Below are positions 13,938 through 27,350 of a stretch of DNA of 64,000 nt, one piece after another. The stretch is taken from positions 108,562,001-108,626,000 of the forward strand of contig OZ024745.1 of the NCBI GenBank assembly GCA_964016885.1, read 5' to 3'. The DNA is from Eledone cirrhosa (taxonomy: Eukaryota). The position numbers and the translations under genes are program-made. Positions within the stretch are counted from its first letter, which is position 1. The number at the start of each line of letters is the position of its first letter. The notes beneath the pieces were generated by a model. It saw only the letters and a list, made by a program, of their open reading frames with translations, was not told the origin of the DNA and did not search any database.

Positions 13938-14140
13938 CACTCAGACTCAGACTCAGAAGCTCCCGCGTCTTGCGACGCATGAGGCAATCATAGTGTTCCA
14001 CCGCGTTCGGTCAGCAGCCAGTTGCACAGCGTCCCGCCATTGTCTGTTTGTCGCTCGCAGGTCCCTCTCAACTGTCTGGCACCAGTTCATTTTGGGTTGC
14101 CCTCTCCGTCTGCTTCCCTGTGGGTTCCATTTAAGCACTA
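13938..14140 (-). mobile_element. Young 5'-truncated RTE LINE 3' end with (TCTGAG)n tail
   Basis: LKWNPQGSRRRGQPKMNW..VERDL..W..AVQLAADRTRW, a typical RTE C-terminus. Nearly identical to 51188-51425. Confidence 0.85.
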
Positions 14141-14299
14141 CACGTTGCTTTTACATACTCTTATCTATGGAGCTACCACACCTAGTGTATAGATTGTAAA
14201 AGCTAATGAGATACATGCATTCATATGCACACATATCACATACATACATACATATCCACACAAAAATATTCATACACACACACATATACACATCTACAC

Positions 14300-14535
14300 A
14301 AATACACACACATAAACACAGATACAAATACACACACATAAACACAGATACAAATACACACACATAAACACAGATACAAATACACACACATAAACACAGA
14401 TACAAATACACACACATAAACACAGATACAAATACACACACATAAACACATCTACACAAATACACACACATATACACATATACACAAATACACACACATA
14501 AACACAGATACAAATACACACACATAAACACAATG
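14300..14535. repeat. 26-bp minisatellite (AAACACAGATACAAATACACACACAT)
   Basis: Direct tandem copies. Confidence 0.85.
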
Positions 14536-14972
14536 ATACACACACACACATTCATACACATAGAAACAAATATTTTACACACAACATATAAAATATACAC
14601 AAACACAATGATGACAGTGCTCCAGCATGTTCACAGTCATATACTGGCTGAAATTGGTTAAAGAATAAAAGAACATAGCTGTTTCTTATTTTGTAAAGCT
14701 GACAATTAGATTTGATCCCCTGGTCTTTTCTTCCCATAGCTTCTGATTCTTGCACCATGAACAGTTAGAGTAATCCATTTGTTCATGTCCATTCTGTGTT
14801 GTTTCTTCTTAAGGCAGCAGCAGCACCATTTAGAAGGATGGAGAGCAATTGTTGGATAGGTCAGCAGCAAAGAAATATACTGAGATAGGGGTTAGACAGA
14901 GAGGTAGATGTATAGATAAAGATATATATATATATATATATATAGATGAATGAGGAGATAGACAGATAGGTA

Positions 14973-15026
<54 letters not shown>

Positions 15027-15049
15027 TGAATGAGGAGATAGACAGATAG

Positions 15050-15120
<71 letters not shown>

Positions 15121-15284
15121 AGAGTGTGTGTGTGTGTGAAAGAGATGAATAAACATTGATATATATTAGTTGATTGTTAATGTGCGTGTGTATATATACA
15201 TGTATATGTATATATGCGTGTATGTATACATGTATATATATATATATATGCGTGTATGTATACATGTATATATATATATGCGTG

Positions 15285-15367
<83 letters not shown>

Positions 15368-15476
15368 GTATATATATATATGTGTCTGTATGTATATATA
15401 TATATATGTGTATGTATGTATATATATATATATATATGTGCATATATATATATATATGTGTGTATATATATATATA

Positions 15477-15557
<81 letters not shown>

Positions 15558-15602
15558 ATATATATATATATGTGTGTGTATATATATATATATATGTGTG
15601 CG

Positions 15603-15637
<35 letters not shown>

Positions 15638-15742
15638 ACCTTCACATACATGCATGCAGCAAGCATACACACAGACATACATACATATACATTAAGGGAA
15701 GAATGAATTATCCAAAAATAGATAGATAAATAAACATAAGTA

Positions 15743-15799
<57 letters not shown>

Positions 15800-17228
15800 G
15801 TGTGTACATATGTATGTGTTTATATTTGCCTATATAAAACCTTTCTTACTAAAAACAGTATGAGGAAATGTAGTGTTGCCATCATATAAAAACCAAGTGG
15901 CTTTCTAACCTTTTATGGACATGGTTCTAGCTTTGGGTCTTAGATACATTTACACATCATCAACTTTACCATTAGGTCTCAAATGGAATGGGCTGAACAC
16001 AGACAAGAAAAGGGACCCGATTAGGCCCTTTATTTCTTTCTTCCTTCCTTTCTGTTTCTCTTTCTGCTACATGTATATGTGTATATCTATTATATCTCTT
16101 TCTCTCCATATATATATATATATATATATGCCTACTTTGTAGCTTTATATATATATATATATGTGTGTGTGTGTATTATATAATGTATATATATATACAC
16201 ACATAGTATATATAATATATCTATAATATAGGATATATATAATATAAATATACATAATACAATATATATATAAATATATATATACATAATATAATATATA
16301 TATATATATATACATAATATATATACATAATACATATATATATATACATAATATATATACATAATACATATATATATACATATATATATACATATATATA
16401 TAATATAGGATATATATGTGTGTGTGTCTGTGTGTTGGTATGATAGTGGTGGCATGCTAGTCTATGTTGGTAAAGGTGGTGGATGAAATATCAAGAAGAG
16501 ATTTCTATTGGTGTATGGGAAAGTTGTAAAATGGAATAATTTGCAGTATATTGCCTGCTGGAATGGTACCTGTAATTGCTAATGGCCTAACTTGGACAAT
16601 GAACAAAGTTTAGCTGCGACAATAGTGCTTCTTTCTCTCCATCTCTCTCCTCTTCTCTCTCTTATCCTTTTAGTTGCTAAAACTATGCAAAGATACACCC
16701 ATCCATCCATCAATGAGAAGAATAGTCTTGAACAGAAGGTAAAAATAAAGAGAAAAAAAAAAGTGGTATCTAAAAAAAAAGAAGAAACCACCAACAACAA
16801 AAGAACAAAGAAAGAAAATAAAAAGAAGCAGAAGAAGAGAAAGAAAATGACACTTTGGCCCCCCAAAATGTATCTAAGGTATGGGTCTTAGTTTACTCTC
16901 ATAAATTTTGTCTTTTATTTCCATTTTAGTAGTGGGATTGGTGAACTCTTCTCATTGTTTGTTGCTCGGAGTGTTCTGATAATCCAAACCCCAAACTATT
17001 TGGTTTGATGTTCTTCTCCACCAAAAATAATGGTGAGGCAGTCCAGCTTCAGCCAAGCTAGAACATTAACACACCAGAGACGGATGGATAGAGAGAGGGA
17101 GGGATGGGGGGGTGAGAGGGAGGGGGAGATGTTGGTGGAGAGAGAGAGAGGGGGAATGTGTGAGAGAGAGAGAGGTTGGTGGGGGGAGAGAGGTTGGTGA
17201 GGGAGAGAGAGAAGGAGAGGGCAGGGAA

Positions 17229-17262
<34 letters not shown>

Positions 17263-17633
17263 GTTTGTGGGAAGAAAGAGAGGGGGAGGGCAGGGAATAT
17301 GAGAGAGAGAGAGTGGTTGATAGGGGATAGAGAAAGGTTGGAGAGAGAAAGGGAGAGGTTGGTGGGTGAGAGAGAGAGAGAGGTTGGTGGGCGAGAGAGA
17401 GAGGTTGGTGGGCGAGAGAGAGAAGTTGGTGAGTGAGAGAGAGAGAGAGAGAGGTTGGTGGGTGAGAGAGAGAGGTTGGTAGGGGAGAGAGAGATAAGTT
17501 ATTGGATGTCTATTGTCCTAATACAACAGCCAGGCAATAATACCACCTTAAGAGCTTCAAGTGACTAATCTATTAGACACCTTTACTTTGTCCTTCTTCT
17601 TTGTAGCAAAATTTTTTTTATTGTCAAAGTCAA

Positions 17634-17670
<37 letters not shown>

Positions 17671-17848
17671 GTTGTATCTTTATTGTTATTTTTTTTCTGG
17701 TGTCCTTTTATACCTTACATTAAAAAGGAAGTGTAACTTTTGATTGAAAATCCTTGTTATAAAGGTCAAAGAAATGGGTTTTATGTATGAGTGTATGATG
17801 TGTGTGTAACTGGATAGGAGGCAAATGTCGTTCCATATGATTTATCAT

Positions 17849-17882
<34 letters not shown>

Positions 17883-17918
17883 TGCACATACAGAATATAT
17901 GTTTATATGTATACACAG

Positions 17919-17956
<38 letters not shown>

Positions 17957-18454
17957 CATACATACATGTTCTATGAAGTATTCTGACCTCAGCAATGATA
18001 TTTTGCTTTTAATTTTATTACACCTAATATGCCATCATAGTGATATATTGTGGGAGTGTGACAAATACACTTCTACACTACTTTAATATCTTTATGACTT
18101 TCTTTGTGATTAGTAGAAAAAGATCCCTTTTTGTCAAGACTGACCATGTGTTTGTACCAGTAAAGTTCTCTAAGGTATAAGCAAGTTGTTTTGTGCAAGT
18201 CTAGCAGTTTCCCTTCTATGCCAGTTATCCCCCCTTCACACCACCAATTTTGTCCAACCAAAGACAAATGGCTGATACAGCTTGGCACCAGAGTCGTTGC
18301 AACTCATTTTTTTTCCACCTGAGTGGACAGGAGCAATGTGAAATAAAGTGTCTTCTTGTTCAAACAAAATATTATTGGAGAGATCAGAATACTTCAAGTG
18401 AAAAGAACATAGAAGAGTATGAATGTATGATATATATATATATATATATATATA

Positions 18455-19077
18455 CTAGCTAAACTACCCGTCCTTTTGACGTTTCAAGTAGCTTTCGATG
18501 TAGCTCATTAAACTAAACAAAGTAAATTTGAATACATAGAAGAAAAACGTACTTTATGTAAACATGAAAACCTTAGGCACTATTCCAGCGAAATAATTTT
18601 AGATAAATTTAAGCATAATATTGTAAAAGTTATGACATCATTTAATGTCTGAACATCAAGCTTGAAACGATAAATTATACAATGTCAAATCTATAACTTA
18701 GTAATCTGTTAGAAATTGCTGTTTGTGAAATATTCAAAATGATATTGTTAGTCTCTTTCTTTCAAGTACAAAGAGTAAATTAAAATCCGAATAAGCCAAA
18801 TTACGAAAGATAATTCTTGATTACGAAAGATATCTCTTGTCTTACTTAATCATGAAAATTCACACAAATAACCGAAACTTTTTTAATGTCGCCAAAGGCT
18901 CCAATATCGATTTTTGAAAGCCTTTGTAGATCATGTACAGGTTTTGTGCAAGGAGAACTCTGTAAAAAATTTCAAAGAAATCGCATGAATGGTTTAGAAT
19001 ATATGAGCCCTCATTAAAAATTGTCCACACACATATACACATACATACAGAAAACTACAGATTTATATATACACAGA
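18455..19077 (-). mobile_element. Non-autonomous Helitron-like element
   Basis: Minus strand starts TC, has a TGTA microsatellite near the 5' end, and ends with a short hairpin (CGTC..GACG) then CTAG|T. Architecture matches 34469-35110 and 49086-49751. Confidence 0.6.
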
Positions 19078-19219
19078 TATAAGCAAAAGAGATATTCAAT
19101 TTGTTGGTAATTCAACAAATATAAATGTTTATAACTGATTCAAAGCACTCGACAAGTTTTCTGGTGTATAATATTCAATGATATTAAATAAATGAAAACT
19201 ATATTTATAAAACCATATT

Positions 19220-19280
19220 TATTCTATTATATATATTTCAAGGGTACCAAAACTTTGGTACGCCCTCATCAGATAAAATA
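19220..19280 (-). ncRNA. Type I hammerhead ribozyme (minimal stem III)
   Basis: Reverse complement of the 19413-19473 ribozyme. Confidence 0.7.
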
Positions 19281-19412
19281 CAAAGTTTGTTTTATAAATA
19301 TTGACATAACCAGGAAAGAAGAACTTAATGGTTCAAGTTTATATCCAGGAAAAAACTTGAACTGTTAAGTTCTTCTTTCCTGGTTATGTCAATATTTATA
19401 AAACAAACTTGG

Positions 19413-19473
19413 TATTTTATCTGATGAGGGCGTACCAAAGTTTTGGTACCCTTGAAATATATATAATAGAATA
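19413..19473 (+). ncRNA. Type I hammerhead ribozyme (minimal stem III)
   Basis: Stem I TATTTTAT/ATAGAATA; CTGATGA 19421-27; stem II GGG.GTACCAA/TTGGTAC.CTT; GAAA 19454-57; stem III T-ATAT-A; cleavage triplet ATA (after 19465). Confidence 0.72.
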
Positions 19474-19727
19474 AATATGGTTTTATAAATATAGTTTCCA
19501 TTTATTTAATATCATTGTATATTTATATATATATATATATAATAATAATTGTTTCTACTTTTGGCACAAGGCCAGCAATTACCCAGTGCATTACTGGTAC
19601 TTTATTTTATCGACCCAGTAAGGATGAAAGGCAAAGTTAACCTCGGCAGTGAAGACTAAAATCCAAAGAGGGCTCGATAAGGATAAATATATATCAAGTA
19701 TATAAGAAATTTTAATCTGTTATTTTA

Positions 19728-19784
<57 letters not shown>

Positions 19785-19857
19785 TATATATATATATATA
19801 TACACACACTCATACATATACTGTCCTAAGACTGGCATAAATTAGTGTGTATATATA

Positions 19858-20690
19858 TACGAGGTGTGTCAGAAAAGTTCCAGGACTGATGTCATGAAAG
19901 ATTTATTTCAAACCCAAACTTCACACTAAGAGTTTTCTCCTTCAAAGTAATCCCCCTGGAGTCTAATGCACTTTTCCATCCCTTTCTGCCACGCTTGCAT
20001 GCACTCCTGGAAGGATTCTTCTGGGTTCCTCTGCAGTTCCGTCATCACGGCCTTTTTGATGTCATCCATGTCTTCAAAACGGGTGCCCTCCAGGTCGTAC
20101 TCGAAGATTCATGACACATCACTGGTGAAGACTGTCCCTAGCAAGTCTGGTTCGATTTCAAGATGCTCGAGGATGTCCTGGCACACTTGCATGCGTCGAC
20201 CCTTCTGGTCATCGTTCAGCAGTTTTGGCACCATCTTCACGCAGACTTTCCACATGTCCAAATCTTCAATGAGAATCTTCCAGACGCTGTCCCGATTAAT
20301 GCTCAGCTCATTTGCCATCAGTCGAACAGTCAGCCGACGATCGCTACGCACCATCTGCCTGACGCGCTCAACATTGACCTCAGGGCCTTCCACTCCTGGG
20401 GTCATCTTGCACCACTTAAAAACATGTGAGCGTGACATCGTCTCATCTCCATACACTTGCTGCAGCAATCCCAGTGCTTCTGACGGTGTTTTCAAGTTTG
20501 TTCGTTGCTCTGTGCTCATTGCTTGTTGACCTGAAACAGAGGACATGTATATAAAATTATGAAGAAAAAAGTTTGATCGCTGCAGCGAGCTAAGATTACA
20601 GTTACATACTCCAGGGGGATTACTTTGAAAGAGAAAACGCTTAGTGTGAAGTTTGGGTTTGAAATAAATCTTTTGTGACATCAGTCCTGG
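19858..20690 (-). mobile_element. Internally deleted mariner transposon with ~85-bp inverted ends
   Basis: EQRTNLK..QQVYGDETMSRSHVFKW..DRRLTVR..KVCVKMVPKLL..DQKGRR (mariner N-terminus) and C-terminal MEKCIRLQGDYFEG. The left end is TA|CGAGGTGTGTCAGAAAAG. Confidence 0.9.
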
Positions 20691-21090
20691 ATGTATAACT
20701 CTTCCTCACACTTTCACTCACTCACTGTTTCTCTTCTCTTCATTTCATCCTGTACACCACGAGGGCTATTTTTCTCTCTTCTCACATAGCCATCGCTCGT
20801 GTCGGGTCTGTTCTAAAAGCGCTCATATATTCACCTAGCTTATGCTAAACAGAATAATTTTTGAAGCTTGTTTCTTTCCCCTACGGTTAGCTATACTCTT
20901 TGTTGTTCTCCTGTCTCACTCGCTTTACGCGTTTCAATTGTCCTAATAACTTATTTTGGTTATTATTGCACCGACGTGAGGTATATGATTTTTAATGCAA
21001 TGAAATATCTATGATCGTCGGCAAATCACTGATGAGGGACTCATTTTATTACATGTTATCCATGTGCTACCTGCAGTATTTTTCTCTATA
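20691..21090 (+). mobile_element. Probable Penelope-like terminal fragment with half a hammerhead
   Basis: CTGATGAGGGA...TATCC at ~21030 with the GAAA half missing; ends in (TA)n and truncates the mariner end. Confidence 0.35.
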
Positions 21091-21206
21091 TTTTATTATA
21101 TATATATATATATATGTGGAAGATAGATGTTAAACGATGGTGATGATGATGGTGATGATATATATATGTATATATATACTGTCCTAAGACTGGCATAAAT
21201 TAGTGG

Positions 21207-21247
<41 letters not shown>

Positions 21248-21249
21248 TA

Positions 21250-21441
21250 AATATATACTCCAATATAAGCTGACACCACTATTTTATGTCTGAGAAATGG
21301 GCAAAAATCCAAACCTTATTTATGTAGAATTTGTAGTTGGTGAAAATCATCAAAATTTTGACCCTAAATATAAGCTGATCCTCTTTCTACCATTGATTTT
21401 TTGGTCTCATATTCCTAGGCTTATATTCGAGTATATACTGT
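21250..21441. mobile_element. pogo/Tigger-like MITE remnant
   Basis: Inverted ends TATATACTCCAATATAAGC / GCTTATATTCGAGTATATA(CTG|TA). A similar end occurs at ~12718. Confidence 0.5.
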
Positions 21442-21481
<40 letters not shown>

Positions 21482-21721
21482 TACATTGGTGCCATAAAAC
21501 ATGCAACCCACTTTGTAAGTGGTTGTGTAGGTGTCACGGTTAAAAGCACCCAGCAGACACTGTAAACGTGGTTGGCACTAGGAAGAGCATTTGGCCATAG
21601 AAAACTAGCCAGAAACTGTCCTATATGAGCAAGACACAGTCACCCGGCTCAACTTGCCACTAAATGGGTCAAATCCGTCTGACCTATGCAAGCATGGAAG
21701 ATGGACGTTAAACGATGATGA

Positions 21722-21764
<43 letters not shown>

Positions 21765-22724
21765 TGTATAGTGTGTGTAAATTGAATTCACAACCTTACT
21801 ATTGCGAATTCAACATCATACAAGAGACATGTATCAAATTTGCACTGCTCATATGAAGAGCTACTTCAAAAACAGTTTCCAATGGTGGGATCATATCAAT
21901 CTGGTCTCATTCAACAGTATGACAACAATCGCTGCTCATATCAAGGAAATGTTTTTGTATTTCAACCAGTCCTGAACAATAACCCTTACACAAATACATC
22001 ATAATCACAGATAATCTCTCCTGGTAATGTCACATCTAAGGCAACAAAGGTGGAGTCATTAGAACATCAGACAGAATGCTTTGCAGTATTCCTTCTGGAT
22101 TTCTGCTCTCTGAGTTCAAATCCCACCAAAGTCGATAAAAAAGTACCAGTCTAGTACTGGGGTCAATTCTTCTATATTTCTTTCTCACTTCTTTTTACTC
22201 ACTTGCTATCCTTCTCATACTTTATCCTTCCCTGGAAGAAATCTGCTGTGTTCAAACTTGAAGAGTAGATGGGTTCTGCTATGTTTTAAAATGCCCAAGA
22301 AATGCTGTATGTTGTTATGGCACCTCCTACAACAGTGGAAAACTACATTCCAAAGATTAACATTTCTCCTTAGAGCCAGAAAATACATCACTTAAATCTC
22401 TACAATGCTCAGATAACATGCTCACCCTCAATGGAATACTGCATTATCAGTAATGTAGATAGGTTGGCGGAGTGGGGACAGTCCATCTTGGAGTGACATA
22501 TTTATGAGGGCAGCACTTTTGGGTCTATTGTATATATTTGATTATGTTGAGGGGAGGGAGCAAATTCAGTGGTTGGTGGGAGATTAGTAAATTCAAGGGC
22601 TACACCACTATGCACAGTGCTGCAGATTCACTTATGGACATCTGATATCTTACCTCCTCTAAAAGGCTACCTTACCTATTAGCATAGTTACTCGTTAACA
22701 GAAATTGAGCCTGTTTCCGTAAGT

Positions 22725-23125
22725 TGTTATTCAACCTGCTAGAAATAATAGTTAAATCGCCATCATATCCCTCACTGTTGTCTTTAAAAAAAAAGGATGG
22801 GTACAGTGGACAATTGGATGATTATGGCTGGAATGTCTAAAAGCCTGGAATTAAACAAGAACACTGCCAAAATAATCCCTAACACCACCATTACCATCAA
22901 TCCACAAAATGCACAAGTCAATGAGAGAGTCTCTATGTCATCATTTGACTTACTAGAAACTGTAGCCAAATTTCCCTCAAATCACATTCTATTATGGCAG
23001 AAAAAGGAAACAACACATTGGATAATACAATCCCCGATACACTCACTAAGTCTTGGTAATGTCTGGAATATCTTTGGTCAGCCAAACTAGAGCAGATTGA
23101 GGCTAAATAACAACAATAACAACAG
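22725..23125 (+). repeat. Old dispersed repeat (family D; TGCTAGAAATA..AAATCTCCCTCAAATCACAC ... GCTAAACAACAAC)
   Basis: Related copies at ~9785, 12470-12650, 23500-23980, 36370-36540 and 47370-47440; probably a SINE body or tail. Confidence 0.5.
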
Positions 23126-24974
23126 CTGATTAATTATCAGTTAAATGATAGAGGATTGGAACAGCTATATTTGAATAAGTGTGGTTTAATTAATAACTAA
23201 TTAAAATGTTGTAGGGCAGAAAATGATAAGTGCAAATAGAATAATAAGAGGATGAAATTCTGAAGAGTTAAGATTGGTCAAATTATCTGTGAAATGAGAC
23301 TCTGGGCAGAGAGGGTGGAATTGTAGTTGAGTGGATAGTTTATCAGTAGAGGAATGGCAAATTTATGAATTATCTTTTCTTTTTATTTGTTGGAATTGGC
23401 AGAAGAGGAGACTGAGGTGCTCCTGACATTTTCTTGCCTTTCACAAGCTGAAGAGATTGATGCTGATGTTCAGCTTAAGAACTTCTATTGGTTGATATCA
23501 ACATAGTTGCTTGACCTGCTAGAAATAACACTTAAATCTTCTTCATTTCATACTCTACCAGTTTAAAGAAGGATAATAATATACTTCTAAATATACTAGC
23601 CTGAAAAAAACAACCAAAAAGAAATGATGATGATAGCTGGAATACCTTTTCATCATATATCTGCAACATAGTTGCTTGAGCTGCTAGAAATAGCACTTAA
23701 ATCTTCTTCATGTCATACTCTACCAGTTAAAAGAAGGAAATGTCACATTGGATAATAATTGTTTCTACTTTAGGCACAAGGCTAGCAATTACCCAGTGCA
23801 TTACTGGTACTTTATTTTATCGACCCCGTAAGGATGAAAGGCAAAGTCAACCTCGGCAGGATTTGAACACATTGGATAATAATGTTCTTCTAGATATACT
23901 AGCCTGGAAAGACAACCAAAAAGAGATGCTGATGATAATGGCTGGAATAATTTTTCACCATAGATCTGCTCAGTCAGGGCTAAGAAAGGGTTAAAGGCAG
24001 TGAATTTAACAGATTCTGTAGAGTCTCAGATAATATGTCCTGTAACATTTATTCCAAGTTACATTTATTCTAAGTTAAGAACCCACTAAGGTCAACTTTA
24101 CCTGGGGCTGATAAATAAAAGGTTTTTACTCCAGCATCCAAACTTCATGGCTAGGGCTTTCAAATTCTTACTCATAAACATACTGTATATTGCTAGATAT
24201 ACAAATACACATACCTACATGTATACAACTATGTCAGAGCAAACACTTTAATTATATATATATGTTAGTTATGGTGTAACTACAGTTACAGGCAGTGCTC
24301 CATTCGAGTTTAGATGTCTCTTTTTACATATAAACTCACATATCTGACCAGATGTTGAAGAAGACTCAGACCCTGTCATTATGATTGTACGCTGAAAGGG
24401 CAGTGGATTGGCAGTAAGGGCGGTAGATTGGCAGTATCGGTAGGGGGGTCGGACGACATGCTTTGACGCATAGAGTTACGGCCCTTGCTATTCTGAGTTC
24501 AAATCCTGCCGAGGTTAACTTTGCCTTTCATCCTTATGGGGTCGATAAAATAAAGTACCAGTAATTGGTATAATTGCTGGCCTTGTGCCAAACGTAGAAA
24601 CAATTATGATTGTACACTGAGTTGATCAATATTAAAACAATTGTAATATGCCAATAAAGTTTGTACATATGCTGTAACACTATCATCATCATCTAACGTC
24701 TATCTTCCACGCTAGCATGGGTTAGACGGGAATTGTCACACTTGAGGCAAGATTGATCGGGTGACCGTGTCTTGCTCATATAGGACTGTTTCTAGCAGGT
24801 TTTCTATGGCTGTGTTTTTTCCATTTGCAGTGTGGCCTTATGGAGATGGTAATGATGGTGAGAGTACAGACAGTCTAGTGGTAGCTATGGTGATGTTAGT
24901 GGTGGTGGAAGTCATCGACTGTAGTGAGAGTGTAGGTAATGGTAGTTATGATGATAATGGTGGTAGTAGTGATA

Positions 24975-26635
24975 GTGGTAGCAGCGGTGGTGGTAGCGAT
25001 GGTGTTAGTGGTGGTGTTAGTGGTGGTGTTAGTGGTGGTGTTAGTGGTGGTGTTAGAGGTGGTGTTAGTGGTGGTATTAGTGGTGGTGTTAGTGATGGTG
25101 TTAGTGGTGGTGGTAGTGGTGGTGGTAGTGGTGGTGGCAGTGGTGGTGTTAGTGGTGGTGTTATTAGTGGTGTTATTAGTGGTGTTAGTGGTGGTGTTAG
25201 TGGTGGTGTTAGCGATGGTGTTAGTGATGGTGTTAGTGGTGGTGATAGTGATGGTGGTAGTGGTGGTGTTAGTGGTGGTGTTAGTGGTGGTGTTAGTGAT
25301 GGTGGTAGCGATGGTGTTAGTGGTGGTGTTAGTGGTGGTATTAGTGGTGGTGTTAGTGATGGTGTTAGTGGTGGTGTTAGTGGTGGTGTTAGTGGTGGTA
25401 GTAGTGGTGGTGTTAGTGGTGGTGTTAGTGGTGGTGTTAGTGGTGGTGTTAGTGGTGGTGTTAGTGGTGGTGTTAGTGGTGGTGTTAATGGTGGTGTTAG
25501 TGGTGGTGTTAGTGGTGGTGTTAGTGATGGTGTTAGTGGTGGTGTTAGTGGTGGTGTTAGTGGTGGTGGTAGTGGTGGTGTTAGTGGTGGTGTTAGCGAT
25601 GGTGTTAGTGATGGTGTTAGTGGTGGTGTTAGTGGTGGTGTTAGTGGTGGTAGTAGTGGTGGTGTTAGTGGTGGTGTTAGTGGTGGTGTTAGTGGTGGTG
25701 TTAGTGGTGGTGTTAGTGGTGGTGTTAGTGGTGGTGTTAATGGTGGTGTTAGTGGTGGTGTTAGTGGTGGTGTTAGTGATGGTGTTAGTGGTGGTGTTAG
25801 TGGTGGTGTTAGTGGTGGTGGTAGTGGTGGTGTTAGTGGTGGTGTTAGTGGTGGTGTTAGTGGTGGTGGTAGTGGTGGTGGTAGTGGTGGTGTTAGTGGT
25901 GGTGTTAGTGGTGGTGGTAGTGGTGGTGTTAGTGGTGGTGTAAATGGTGGTGTTAGTGGTGGTGTTAGTGATGGCGGTAGCGATGGTGTTAGTGGTGGTG
26001 TTAGTGGTGGTGGTAGTGGTGGTGTTAGTGGTGGTGTTAGTGGTGGTGGTAGTGGTGATGTTAGTGATGGTGTTAGTGGTGGTGTTAGTGGTGGTGTTAG
26101 TGGTGGTGGCAGTGGTGGTGTTAGTGGTGGTGTTAGTGGTGGTGTTAGTGGTGGTGGTAGTGGTGGTGGTAGTGGTGGTGTTAGTGGTGGTGTTAGTGGT
26201 GGTGTTAGTGGTGGTGTTAGTGGTGGTGTTAGCGATGGTGTTAGTGGTGGTGTTAGTGGTGGTGTTAGCGATGGTGTTAGTGTGGTGTTAGTGGTGGTGT
26301 TAGTGGTGGTGTTAGTGGTGGTGTTAGTGGTGGTGTTAGTGGTGGTGTTAGTGGTGGTGTTAGTGGTGGTGTAAATGGTGGTGTTAGTGGTGGTGTTAGT
26401 GGTGGTGGTAGTGGTGGTGTTAATGGTGGTGTTAGTGGTGGTGTTAGTGGTGGTGTTAGTGGTGGTGTTAGCGATGGTGTTAGTGGTGGTGTTAGTGGTG
26501 GTGTTAGCGATGGTGTTAGTGTGGTGTTAGTGGTGGTGTTAGTGGTGGTGTTAGTGGTGGTGTTAGTGGTGGTGTTAGTGGTGGTGTTAGTGGTGGTGTT
26601 AGCGATGGTGTTAGTGTGGTGTTAGTGGTGGTGCT
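24975..26635. repeat. 12-bp satellite (GGTGGTGTTAGT)n, ~1.65 kb
   Basis: Tandem array. The Gly/Ser/Val ORFs are frame artefacts and shift frame at GT deletions. Confidence 0.95.
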
Positions 26636-26639
26636 TTTA

Positions 26640-27350
26640 GAAGCTATATTAGTGATCGCATGGGTGGAAGTAGAGTAGTGGTGATGATGATGATGATGGT
26701 GATAGAGCTTATATGAGTAGAGATGGTGGTAGTAATAGTGATGATAGTGATTATGACGGTGTTAGTGATAGTAGTAGTGGTGGTGGTTGTGGTGGTGGTG
26801 GTTGTGGTGGTGGTGGTGGTTGTGTTTGTGGTGGTGGTGGTGGTGCTTTTAGAGGTCATATTAGTGATTGCGTGGGTGGAAGTAGAGTAGTGATGATGTT
26901 GATGATGGTGATAGAGCTTGTGTGAGTAGAGATGATGGTGATTGTGGTGATGGTGGTGGTGGTGGTGGTGACTGTGGTGGAGGTGATTGGGGTGATAATG
27001 ACTGTGGTGGAGGTGATTGGGGTGGTGATGATGGTTGTGTGGTGATGACTGTGGTGGTGATGACGGTAATTGGGGTGATGGTGACTGTGGTGATTGGGGT
27101 GATGGTGATTGGGGTGGTGGTGACTGTGGTGGTGGTGATTGGGGTGGTGATGATGATTATAGTGATGGTGTTGGTGATTGTGTGGTGATGACGGTAATTG
27201 GGGTGGTGGAGATTGGGGTGGAGGTGACTGTGGTGGTGGTAATTGGGGTGGTGGGGATTGGAGTGGAGGTGACTGTGGTGGTGGTAATTGGGGTGGTGGG
27301 GATTGGGATGGTGGGGATTGGGATGGTGGAGATTGGGGTGGTGGCAGTGA
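26640..27350. repeat. GGT-rich low-complexity minisatellite (GGTGATTGGGGT / GACTGTGGT units)
   Basis: Degenerate tandem units. Confidence 0.85.

Larger units (their letters stand above)
19088..19517. mobile_element. Fold-back Penelope-like pLTR/retrozyme-type element with two divergent hammerheads
   Basis: Inverted arms ~19176-19340 and ~19353-19517, each with a full hammerhead core followed by AATAAA. Same family as 44918-45228. Confidence 0.75.

Noticed and set aside
24761-26374. 537-aa Gly/Ser/Val-rich structural protein
   Set aside because: Pure 12-bp satellite with no synonymous variation; the frame shifts within the array and the start lies in a SINE/LINE tail.
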